64,000 bases of DNA from Octopus sinensis (Eukaryota), in the NCBI RefSeq assembly GCF_006345805.1, contig NC_043014.1, positions 19,716,001 through 19,780,000 on the forward strand, written 5' to 3'. The position numbers and the translations under genes were made by a program. Below, in pieces: positions 53,401 through 64,000 of this stretch. Below the pieces are notes generated by a model that saw only the letters and a program-made list of their open reading frames with translations, made no database searches and was not told where the DNA came from. Positions within the stretch are counted from its first letter, which is position 1, and every line of letters starts with the position of its first letter.

Positions 53401-54045
53401 GCTGACATAATGTTACCTTTTTTCGTTTAGCTTTTAAACAATCTAAGAGGGAAGTTTTGACTTATAATTACGAGACTGACACTTATCTGAAAATATTGAA
53501 CACATTATATAGTATATGTGAGACATTATGTAGGCATAAAAAAAGAACGCACGTGTTTGGAACACAAGTCTTTAAAGTGATCAAATTCACAATTCAAAGT
53601 TTTGCAAAATGGTTATTAATAAAGAACGCAACATGCGGGCAAGTAACAAACTTCAGTAACAAGTGTAGGAAATATACACGAAACAAAAAGGAACAGACGT
53701 TTTGTATGAGAAAGTAAGAAATGGAAAATAGTACTGAACTCAACAAAAAATTAATACCCAACTTTGAAACACTTGTATTGTATAAATATTGCGGTTTATA
53801 ACAACAACTGCTAATCATATTTATAAAAGGCATGATGTGTGTGCGTGTGTATGTGTGTACCTGATTGTAATTTATGCACATCCACAAATTAGCACGCATG
53901 TCGCTCAAAATTTAGGAGGACATTCGTCAACATCCTATCTGGGCTTTGTCAACTTATTTTTCTTCTCGAGGCACCCGCGGATAGGGTAAAAATCTATTTT
54001 CAACCATAGCTTTTAGCCATAAAAAATACCAGTAGTAGCTTTTTT

Positions 54046-54465
54046 GATGGCGACTAACCAAAAAAAGTAAGATAAAGAAAAGTGGAAGAAGGAGGCAGAG
54101 AGTTTCACGGGAAAGACAAAGTGAGTGAGGGAGAGAGAGAGTCATTGCTTCTTTGACGGCGTCCAACAAAAAAATAAGATAAAGAAAAGTGGAAGAAGGA
54201 GGCAGAGAGTTTCACGGGAAAGACAAAGTGAGTGAGGGAGAGAGAGAGTCATTACTTCTTTGACGGCGTCCAACAAAAAAATAAGATAAAGAAAAGTCGA
54301 AGAAGGAGGCAGAGAGTTTCACGGGAAAGACAAAGTGAGAGAGGGAGAGAGAGAGTCATTGCTTTTATGACGGCGTCTAACAAAAAAAAATACGATAAAG
54401 AAAAGTGGAAGAAGGTGGCAGAGAGTTTCATGGGAAAGACAAAGTGAGAGGGGGAGAGAGAGAGA
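54046..54465. repeat. Minisatellite, 4 units of ~107 bp
   Basis: Units start at 54046, 54155, 54262 and 54369 (ga[ct]ggcg...gataaagaaaagtggaagaaggaggcagagagtttcacgggaaagacaaagtgag). Confidence 0.95.
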
Positions 54466-55041
54466 AAGTAATTGACTACATTCATAAAAAATAAAATGTA
54501 AAATGTTTTGTTTTTTTTTGTTTTTGAAAGACACACTATATTTTATAATCATAGTATATATACTTTCTCACACAACAATTACAATATATTTATTTTAAAT
54601 CGTTCATCTTTCTCCCCCTCTCTCTCTCTCTCTCTCACACATTACTTTGGGTGCGAAAGAGTTTTGTTTTTATTTTACGCCGAGTAAAAAAAGTGTTTTG
54701 TTGACAATCCATTTATTTAACAACAAAGAAACAAAGAGGTGAGTAACAATTTGTCAGTGAATTACACACTATAAATGGGTACAATTTGCGAGGTTTCCAC
54801 CACACCCCCACTCAGTTTCACGGACCACAAAAAGGGTTTTGAGGCCAGAGTAGTTGATTCCACGTTGATTACTGAATATTGTGCGAGTGTTAATTTACAA
54901 ATTTAACAACATTTTTTCCATTCATTTCTGTTTATGTACATGTATGCGTGCACAAAACATGCAATAGGTGTACGTACGCGTGTGTATATATGTTCCTGTC
55001 TGTTGCCCATATATATTTATATTATATTATATAATATATAA

Positions 55042-55446
55042 TTTTACTCTTTTACATGTCTCAGTCATTTGACTGCGGCCATGCTGGAGCACTGCCTTTA
55101 GTCGAGCAAATCGACCCCGGGACTTATTCTTTGTAATCCCAGTACTTATTCTATCGGCCTTTTTTGCCGAACCGCTAAGTAACGGGGACGTAAACACATC
55201 AGCATCGGCTGTCAAGCAATGCTAGGGGTACAAACACAGACACACAAACACATGCACATACATATCCATATATATATACATGTATACGAGAGGCACTTTC
55301 AGTTTCCGTCTACCAAATCTACTCACAAGGCATTGGTCGGCCCGGGTCTATAGCAGAAGACACTTGCCCAAGATGCCACGCAGTGGGACTAAACCCGGAA
55401 CCATGTGGTTGGTTAGCAAGCTACTTACCACACAGCCACTCCTGCG

Positions 55447-55447
<1 letters not shown>
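55042..55447 (-). mobile_element. SINE family A, full length
   Basis: Reverse complement of 17240-17648. Confidence 0.9.
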
Positions 55448-55509
<62 letters not shown>

Positions 55510-55513
<4 letters not shown>

Positions 55514-55639
55514 ATAACTAATTTCAACGGATTTCGCCCAAATTTGACGTCTATATTACTTAGTTTGGTTTGAAATAAAGAACTTGATTAGCTTAATAAT
55601 CATAACTTAATCCCGGGCAAGGCCGGGTTATACTGCTAA
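55510..55639 (+). mobile_element. Helitron-type 3' end (mini non-autonomous Helitron)
   Basis: GC hairpin cccgg-gcaagg-ccggg (55612-55627), followed 8 nt later by CTAA-T (CTRR|T terminus). Confidence 0.65.
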
Positions 55640-55650
55640 TACATATATAT

Positions 55651-55770
55651 ATGATAAATGAGACACGGAAAATGGAAGATACGACAGCTTTTGTTTTCGA
55701 CACATCTAGTATCGATCCCTCACGAGTGGGATAGTTAACAACCGGTCCAGAGAAGCATCTGACGGTGATA
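55651..55770 (-). mobile_element. Solo partial copy of the arm of the 7257-8701 element
   Basis: aatgagacacggaaaatggaagatacga...tttcgacacatctagtatcgatccctcacg matches 7262-7380. Confidence 0.8.
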
Positions 55771-56631
55771 AACAGATACGCTAAATATAGAAAATGTGGA
55801 GGATTTTGCTGAGGGATTTAATTGATCAGCAAGATGTTCGTGTTAGCATTGTCAAAACATATATGTATTTTATACATATAGCACACACGTGTGTGTGAAT
55901 ATGTATACAAATATATATAAAATTGTATACGTGCGTTGTGGTTATGTATGTACATATGTGTATATGAATGATTTTATACATATATGCATATATTTACACA
56001 CACACCTGCAAATACAAACAAGCACACCTATATACACATACATATCGACAATTATTAAAAGCAATTAATTAGCATCTTCAGCCCCCATGGTTTTAATATG
56101 TTATTCTTGGGTGTCAAACTGTTGCTCGCCATATCATTAATTTTTCTCTAAATCGGAAGAAATACCAGCAGTAGCTTTTAATTATTGTAATTCTTCCAAA
56201 AAGGTGTATGTGTTAATCCCATTTGCTTCCCACCTGTTGCCCCAGGAGCCTCCGAGATATTCAATTTCTAAGAACAATTAACTTATGGCAAATTCTGAGT
56301 CGAGTGGTTGCCATATTGTAACTTACACCAATCAAGGCACAAATCTTATTAGAATATTCCAATTCACACATAAACTCTCGTTAACATTATCAACAATAGC
56401 ATGTATTTCTTATTGCATTCCATTACACAATATAAATTATATCTTTCACCCTGTTTAAAATATACACCTGCCCTCAACATAGCTAAATAGAAATAAATAA
56501 CAGACAATAGAAAAAAATAAACCAAAGGAAAACAAATATGTGACAATAAACTTTGGACTCGCTAACTTAAAGATTAAATGTCGAACACGTATTCCTAGTT
56601 TCACCAAATATTTTACATTAAAAAGAAAAAC

Positions 56632-56922
56632 ATGGCACTTCGTCGGTTACGGCAATGATGTTTCCAGTTGATTCGATCATCGGAACAGCCTACTCGCGAA
56701 ATCAACGTGCAAGTGGCTGATCACTCCACACACACGAGTCCGTATGACTCCGCGTGACAGAGAATGACAAGGCCTGTCCTTTGTATTACCGGTACAACTC
56801 CTTTTTGACAGCTGAGTGGAGCAACGTGAAATAAAGTGTCTTAAAGACACAACACACCGCCGGGAATCGAACTCTCAACGTTACGGTCGTGAGCCGATTA
56901 CCCTAACCACTAAGCCACGCGC
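56632..56922 (-). mobile_element. SINE family C head with tail type B
   Basis: Minus strand gcgcgtggcttagtggttaggg...gagttcgattcccgg...gtaaccgacgaagtgcca. Confidence 0.8.
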
Positions 56923-57201
56923 TTATTCCAGACTTATAACATTACGTATTGGCCAAACTCAAATGACACAAATTTTCCTTTATGCGTATGGTAACATCTA
57001 CCTATTTCTTTAATGCATGACTTTATGGTTTTATAGCCATGAAAATATTTTATTTGACTTTCGAGAACCCGGTGAAGTTATATGAGGTTGTAGGTTTAAT
57101 TAAACCTAACGAATTTTGAATAAATAATCGTCTTATCAAATAATAAATGCTATGTGAATGCACATATGTAATAAACAAAACGCTTTAGTGTATGATAACT
57201 G

Positions 57202-57264
<63 letters not shown>

Positions 57265-57992
57265 CTGTGTGTGTGTGCGTTTTAGTTTCTATTTCTTCGA
57301 AAATTAACTTTACATGACACCGCTTGCCAATGGGTGTTTCGCTGCGGGAAGTGTTCACTAAACGAAATTTACAAACGTTGAGTCTGTAATAATTTTGTAA
57401 CAGTAAATAGAAATATGTCCACTTTTTTTTGCACACACACACTCACACACAACATTCACGCAGGCATGCACACGCTCATACAATGTATAAACTAATAAAC
57501 AAACAGAATGATATATAAATAATCCATCTGTACGTACGTATGCGCATATTGATGGATGTATGTATTTATATATGGTCAGAAAAAATAAATATATGTTTGT
57601 GGAGTAAATCATAGATGAAAAGATATCTATGAAACAGATATGATTTACTGAGCTCAATGCTTTGGCCAGTATAGCGCGCAACAAAAGTATACCTTGTTCT
57701 TTATAGCTAAATATAAATAAATATTAGACAATAGAACAAATAAACCAAAGGAAAACGAAATATAGAACTTACCTTTTTAGGAACTGATAAAAAATGTTTG
57801 TGTCTGTTGGTATTGGAACTTATGCTGTATGAACAGCCTGTTGGATGGAAAGAAAAAGAGAATAGATATTTATTGTTTGGGTTGGCATTTAGATCAGTGT
57901 ATAAAATTTATGTAAATATCAGCCAAAATAACAACAACTGTAATAATAATAATAATAATAATAATATAATAATAATAATAATAATAATAATG

Positions 57993-58051
<59 letters not shown>

Positions 58052-58204
58052 TACAGCAACAATAATAATATGATAATATGAATTTCTTTGACGCTGAAGG
58101 ACCCATTAATACAAGAGAAAAAATGTACACCTACAGATTACAAAAGCTGCAGCGACAGACGTGACAAAGGTATGTAAAATTGAAGGCAGCTATGATGAAG
58201 ATAT

Positions 58205-58418
58205 CGGTTTCAAATTTTAGCACCGGGCTAGAAATTTGGGGTGAGGGGGTAAAACGATTACATCGACTTCAATATTAGAGTTGTACTTATTTTATCCATC
58301 CCAACGGATGAATAACCAAGTTGACCTCGACGGAATATGTACTCAGAACGCAAAGGCAGACAACATGCCACGAAGCATTTTGCTCGGCGCTTTAACGATT
58401 CTGCCAACTTGCCGTCTT
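58205..58418 (-). mobile_element. SINE family B, decayed
   Basis: gttgacctcgacggaat...actcagaacg...taacgattctgccaacttgccgtc. A similar fragment lies at 43210-43310. Confidence 0.7.
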
Positions 58419-59512
58419 AGGTTTGATAAATATATCAAAAACACGATGAACATTTGAAAATATATTGATATAGATTTAAAAAATAAACATAGAATAATTG
58501 TATGATTATATAAAATACACTAGAATCAAAACAAGATATAATTACGGAAAGCAAAGCACATATTAGAGTGGTTGGTTCATTACAGTGAAATTTTTTTATC
58601 ATCGTTTGCATTGCAGATGACTTTTGGCTGGATTCCACTTCCTCTTTCTATTTTGTTTTTGTGTCATTTTTTTCTTCATCGACTGGCTACCTCTCCGTAT
58701 CATTACAAATGACGCGATGATACTCTTAGTCGGTGGAGAGAAGACCGCCGAGGTTGAAGCGTATTCTTTGTTCCTTCCAGCAACTGTACCTTCTGTCAAC
58801 CACAATCATCTTCAATTCCAACTACACTGTCGCTGCCGGTTATGACTGGACAAAACAAGAGAACTTCAGCTTCCTTGCTAGTCACTGGAAAAAAGACAAG
58901 GATATCTCCGCTAACAATTCTATAAGTTTGCCTGGCGCAGCTGTTGGAGTGGCACCTTCCCAACTCTACAGTTGTTTTCGGTGTAACTATTTTCTGTGCA
59001 TTTCTTTTTTATAAACGTTCCTATTTAACAGAAATTACTTTTGATGCCGCATGTATGATAGCAGGGCTGTCGGCACTATCAATCTTGTCTCTACATTCAT
59101 ATTTGGGCATAGTTTCTGGATAATCCTGTGAATTCGAGGAGACGCAAAAAGACGTAAGTCTATACTGACCTCTCCTGACAACGTATCATTGTTTGTGAGA
59201 AGCGAGCTTACCTCATTCCATATTGCTCCACAAAGGAAACAAGAAGAGCATATATCGCTAATGATATACCTTCTTGTAAACCTTGCTTTACACTTAACCG
59301 TTCACTGACGTTTGAGAGAATAAGCGGAATCTTTGTGTATTATTTTGCTTGTGATTCAGACCAGGCTTCAGTTTTCAAGAACAGGTTGATGTTACCGTAG
59401 GATATACTTCGATCAATGGATAATACTATGCCTCACACATCATCAGAGGTTCTTTCAATTACTCTTATCCTCTTCACTTTTAGAAACCGGTAGTCACAAC
59501 AGATTTCTTCCT

Positions 59513-59815
59513 GGTGCGTGGCTTAATAGTTAGGGTATTCGGCACAAGATCGTAAGGTAGTGAGTTGGATTCCTGTCGTGCCATTGAACAAGGCACTTTA
59601 TTTCACGATGACCCCTTCTACTCAAATGTTAAGAATGAGCAGTACTTGTATTTCAAAAGCCAGCCACGTTACGATCTGTACCACGCTCAACGATAACTAC
59701 GTGGAGGGTACACATGTCTGTGGAGTGCTCAGCCACTTGCACATTAATTTCACGAGTAGACAGTTCCGCTAGTCGAATTAACTGGAACGCTCGTCGTAGT
59801 AACCGATGGCATGTC
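59513..59815 (+). mobile_element. SINE family C head with tail type B
   Basis: ggtgcgtggcttaatagttaggg...gtgtctgtggagtgctcagccacttgcac-like tail...gtaaccgatgg. Confidence 0.8.
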
Positions 59816-60037
59816 AGTTTTTTTTCTTCATCTTCCTGTCCATTACCAAACAGGTAAGGAGTCAGAGAGTTTATTATAGCAATTTTGACACAGTTCCTTC
59901 TGGGCTTACACCTATTCAAATAATGTGGATAAAACAGCATTTTTTCTTTCCAACGTTAAACAATATTAAATACGCGCGCGCATGAGTTCTGTGAGTCAGA
60001 GAGAGAAAGAAAGAGCGAGAGAGAGAGAGAGAGAGGC

Positions 60038-60072
<35 letters not shown>

Positions 60073-60533
60073 GAAACAAAGAGAATGAAAGAGAAAGGAA
60101 GAGGGAGAGAGAAAGCTACTGCAGTTCTTATTGCTGTTATCATATTTGAAGCATTTGAAAAGCACTTTCATTATCCGAAAATTCATATTTCCCCCATTCT
60201 GAAACGCCTGTATGTCAGTGCGTAATATTTGTGTTTAATTACATTCTCTTTTGTTTAATATTTAGAGAAATATTGGAGTATATCCTTCAGTAGAGTTTAT
60301 CGTTCTCGGTGTAGCTGTTTTGTCGCCATTAATATAGATATTGAAGACATCCCAAGCAAAATGCTATGATAGAGTATCTTTTGCCCCAAAGGAACAATAT
60401 ATACTCAAACTTAATAAATTCATTCGTTTTGTAATGGTACTTAAGTAAAAGAAGGAAGTTTTCCGCATTTAAAAGCACTTAGTATTCCAAACTTAAGGAC
60501 CCAATGTAAACATATATCGACAATGCAACAACA

Positions 60534-60619
<86 letters not shown>

Positions 60620-60637
60620 CAACAACAACAACAAGAA

Positions 60638-60730
60638 ATGCCCTGATACAGTACCAAGCACCGTCTTTCATGGATTCTGATCTTAAGTGATTGGAAGTGC
60701 TATCATGCACGTTTTGTCTTGGTATAAAAC
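60638..60730 (+). mobile_element. 5' fragment of the ~550-bp (TAA)n element
   Basis: atgccctgatacagtaccaagca...gttttgtcttggtataaaa, directly after (AAT)n/(AAC)n. Confidence 0.8.
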
Positions 60731-60884
60731 ATGGATGATGATGATGATGATGAGGAGGAGGAGGAGGAGGAGGGGGAGAAGGAGGAGGAGGAGGGAATCA
60801 TAATAACAGCAAAGTGCTATGAACACTAGCTAGAAAGCTTGATAGAAAATAACAATTACAATGACTTTGTTTGACTTCTCCATA

Positions 60885-61280
60885 ATGATTGACCATATTA
60901 TAGAAGCCAGAACACTACCAGATATGATTACAGACGACGAAAGAAACGAAACAATGTAAAATCATAGATTTTGCAATGCCAAAGGATAATGGACAGGATA
61001 TCATATAAACTTTTTTAAAAATAAACGAAAAATACCACGACCTAGCCGGAGGCATAAACAGATTGCAAAAGACAAAGGTGACAGTTGTTCCTGTGGTAAT
61101 TGCTACACTTGGTGCAGCACCCAAACTGCTGCATAAGGAGTTTGGAACTGGCACTCGCATGGTCGAATTACAGCAAAGTGCAATCCTATTTTCTTCAAGA
61201 ATCCTCAGAAAGATTCTTGAGATCTGCGGAGACTTGGTGTCACCAAACCTCAAAACATGTCTGCTAAATAATATAGCATG

Positions 61281-61285
<5 letters not shown>
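60885..61285 (+). pseudogene. R4/Dong-clade LINE 3' end (restriction-like endonuclease) with (TAA)n tail
   Basis: DHIIEAR.LPD...KQCKIIDFAMP...EKYHDLA...VTVVPVVIATLGA.PK...ELQQSAILFSSRILRKILE, then (TAA)n. Confidence 0.8.
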
Positions 61286-61311
<26 letters not shown>

Positions 61312-61343
61312 AATAATGATAATAATAATAATAATAATAATAC

Positions 61344-61503
<160 letters not shown>

Positions 61504-61509
61504 TAATAA

Positions 61510-62076
61510 ATGCCCTGATGCAGTACCAGGCAGTGGCTCTCATGTCTTCTGATCTTAACTGATGGGAAGTGTTATCATGTACATTGTTTTGTCTTGGTAT
61601 AAAAGATGGGCTACAGCAAATATTCTGCTCAATACCACAGATTTGCTTGTCAGTTGTTTGACCTTAACCAGTTGACCATGTCCTTTAGTGGCTGACAATA
61701 TGTGCATCTCTGATCATGAGCAGAAGTAGTGTGGGAGTACCATAGCCATGTGTTGAGAGGGATTCTTTGGGGTTTGAATAATTCACCTCTGAAAACATGG
61801 GTGTTTCGTTCAACATCCTTAAACAACATTTATTCAGGGACCTTTTGAGCGGGATGGGTTACTCGACCAGAAGAAAATTCTAACTGGGCCCCACCTGCAA
61901 GATCATGTGCTGATTATCTTGACATTAGATCACCATGTCGCACACAGATGGTTGTGGTGCATGTCCCTGGTATACCCTTATCAGACAGGTAGTCATGATG
62001 GGTATACTGGGCTTCGTAAATTTTACCCTAGTGTCACTTTGATGGCATGCACTGCTCAATAATAATAATAATAATA

Positions 62077-62121
<45 letters not shown>

Positions 62122-62910
62122 CAATACCACACATTTGCTTGTCAGTTGTTTGACCTTAACCAGTTGAGCATGTCCCTTAGTGGCTGACGATATGTGCATC
62201 TCTGATCACGAGCAGAAGTAGTGGGGGAGCATCATAGCCATGTGTTGAGAGGGATTCTTTGGGATTTGAATGATTCACCTCTGGAGGCATGGGTGGTTCT
62301 TTCAACATCCTTAAACAACCCTTGTTCAGGGACCTTTTGAGCAGGATGGGCTACTCAACCTGAAGAAAATTCTAACTGGGCCCCACTTGCAAGGTCATGT
62401 GCAGTTTATCTTGATATGATATCACCATGTCGCGCACATATGGTTATGATGCATGTGCCTGGTGTGCCCTTATCAGACGGGTAGTCGTGATGGGTATATT
62501 GGGCTTCGTATATTTTACCCCAGTGTCACTTTGATGGCATGAACTGCTCTCTCACTCAATAATAATAATGACAATGGGGGAGCATCATAGCCGTGTGTTG
62601 AAAGGAATTCTTAGAGGTTTGGATAATTCACCTTTGGAAACATGGGTGGTTCGTTCAACATCCTTAAACCACCCTTATTCGGGGATCTTTTGAGCTGGAT
62701 GAGCTACTCGACCAGAAGAAAATCCTAACTGGGTCCCACCTGCAAGGTCATGCGCTGTTTATCTTGATATGAGATCACCATGTCGCGCATTTATGGTTGT
62801 GATGCATGTGCCTAGTGTACCTTTATCAGAGGGGTAGTCATGATGGGTATACTGGGCTTCGTATATTTTACCCCAGTTTCACTTTGATGGCATGAACTGC
62901 TCTCTTACTC
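61510..62910 (+). mobile_element. Three head-to-tail copies of the ~550-bp element (61510-62057, 62122-62557, 62575-62910) separated by (TAA)n
   Basis: All are colinear with 30030-30581, with progressively shorter 5' ends and a shared 3' end. Confidence 0.92.
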
Positions 62911-62944
<34 letters not shown>

Positions 62945-63109
62945 TAATAATAATAATAATAATAATAATTACCAGTACTGTTTGTGAAAGATAGCCTATC
63001 ACCATTACTGTTTTTGAGAGTTAGCCTATCACTATTGCTGTTCGTGATTTGTATGATATGCCTCGTATAGATACTATGGAAAGTGACACCGGGGAGGTAA
63101 ATGAAATCA

Positions 63110-64000
63110 TCTGTTATATATGAATGAATTAAAGATCATTGGAAAGACCGAACATAAAACAAATGGCCTAGTTTCAACAGTACAGATATTCAGTAAAGAT
63201 ACAGGAATCGAATTTGGAGCTTAAAAGTGTAGTATGCTTATAATACAAACAGACAAAGTAGTGTCGTCTGCTGGTGTAGAGCTACCCAACGGCGAGAAAA
63301 TCAAGGATATTGAAATTAATGGATATAAATATCTGGAGATTTTAGAATACGACAAAAGCAAAGAAATTAAAATGAAGGAAAGCTTTAGGCGATAATATAT
63401 CAGAAGAACCAGTTAATTATAGGAAGTAGACTCAATGGAAAAAAACAAAATCAGGACATTTAATGCAATATGGTAAAGGTGTTATTAGGTGGACAAAGAA
63501 CGAGCTTGAGGAAATGGACAGGAAAAGTAGAAAAGTGATGACAATTACCAAGGAACTACACCACAAAAGTATGTGCCTAAAAGCAGGGGTATGCGTATAA
63601 TACAAAGAGAACAATCTGAACAAACATCAGAGTGAATCCTTGCTTTCCGCTGTTGGAATCAACAATACAATGCCTACCGAAAATGTGATGCATCCACAAA
63701 CATTTAAGAAACAAGATGGAGAAAGAGTAAACAACTGGAAAATGAAACCCCTGTATGGGCCATCGAAAGAAAATACAAGATCAACACTTGGAGATGACTA
63801 AGAAAATATGATCTGGAAGGACGTACTGAGGCATTGATATGCAGCGCCCAGGTACAAGCATTGAAACTAATTACACCAAGTTCGAAAAGATAAGAGTAGC
63901 GAATTCCGCGTTTGTTGGATGTTTGGCAGCAGAAATGAAACTATCTCACATATTGTAATTGAGTGTAGCAAGTATTACAAATGGAGGCACGATAACCTGG
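63110..64000 (+). pseudogene. R4/Dong-clade LINE ORF fragment (RT C-terminus to CCHC/RHD region), runs off the window
   Basis: VQIFSKDTGIEFGA*KC, GYKYLEILE, WTKNELEEMDRKSRK.MT, TEALICSAQ.QAL, NETISHIVIECSK..KWRHDN. Multiple frameshifts. Confidence 0.85.

Noticed and set aside
54046-54465. CRISPR-like array
   Set aside because: The units are contiguous 107-bp repeats with no unique spacers, there are no cas genes, and the context is eukaryotic.
58137-58169. 33-nt + strand exon (cag|...aag|gtatgt); similar AG/GT candidates near 2756, 44691 and 46356
   Set aside because: These are isolated splice-like signals with weak context and no recognisable peptide, as expected by chance in 64 kb.

Overview
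This is AT-rich, microsatellite-saturated eukaryotic DNA with no confidently identifiable host gene. The repeat content (tRNA-derived SINEs, dense (TA)n/(AAT)n/(GATA)n) suggests an octopus or other coleoid genome; that is an inference from recognition, not from a database search. The window is a transposon graveyard. It holds four Tc1/mariner-superfamily relics, a pogo/Tigger-like MITE, two decayed hAT transposases, Helitron ends, L1/Tx1 and R4/Dong LINE fragments, many SINEs, and a 5'-truncated Penelope-like element (PLE, Naiad-like RT plus GIY-YIG) with an inverted pseudo-LTR. Two themes stand out. (1) About seven sequence-unrelated loci carry minimal type-I hammerhead-ribozyme (HHR)-like cores, several of them in fold-back or palindromic non-coding elements lodged in (TA)n. 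(2) A ~550-bp non-coding element occurs seven times, only in or beside (TAA)n arrays, in tandem, and next to R4/Dong LINE fragments; it looks like a microsatellite-targeted non-autonomous retroposon. Most ORFs in the track are microsatellite artefacts. All structures were inspected by eye, so coordinates of degraded elements are approximate.
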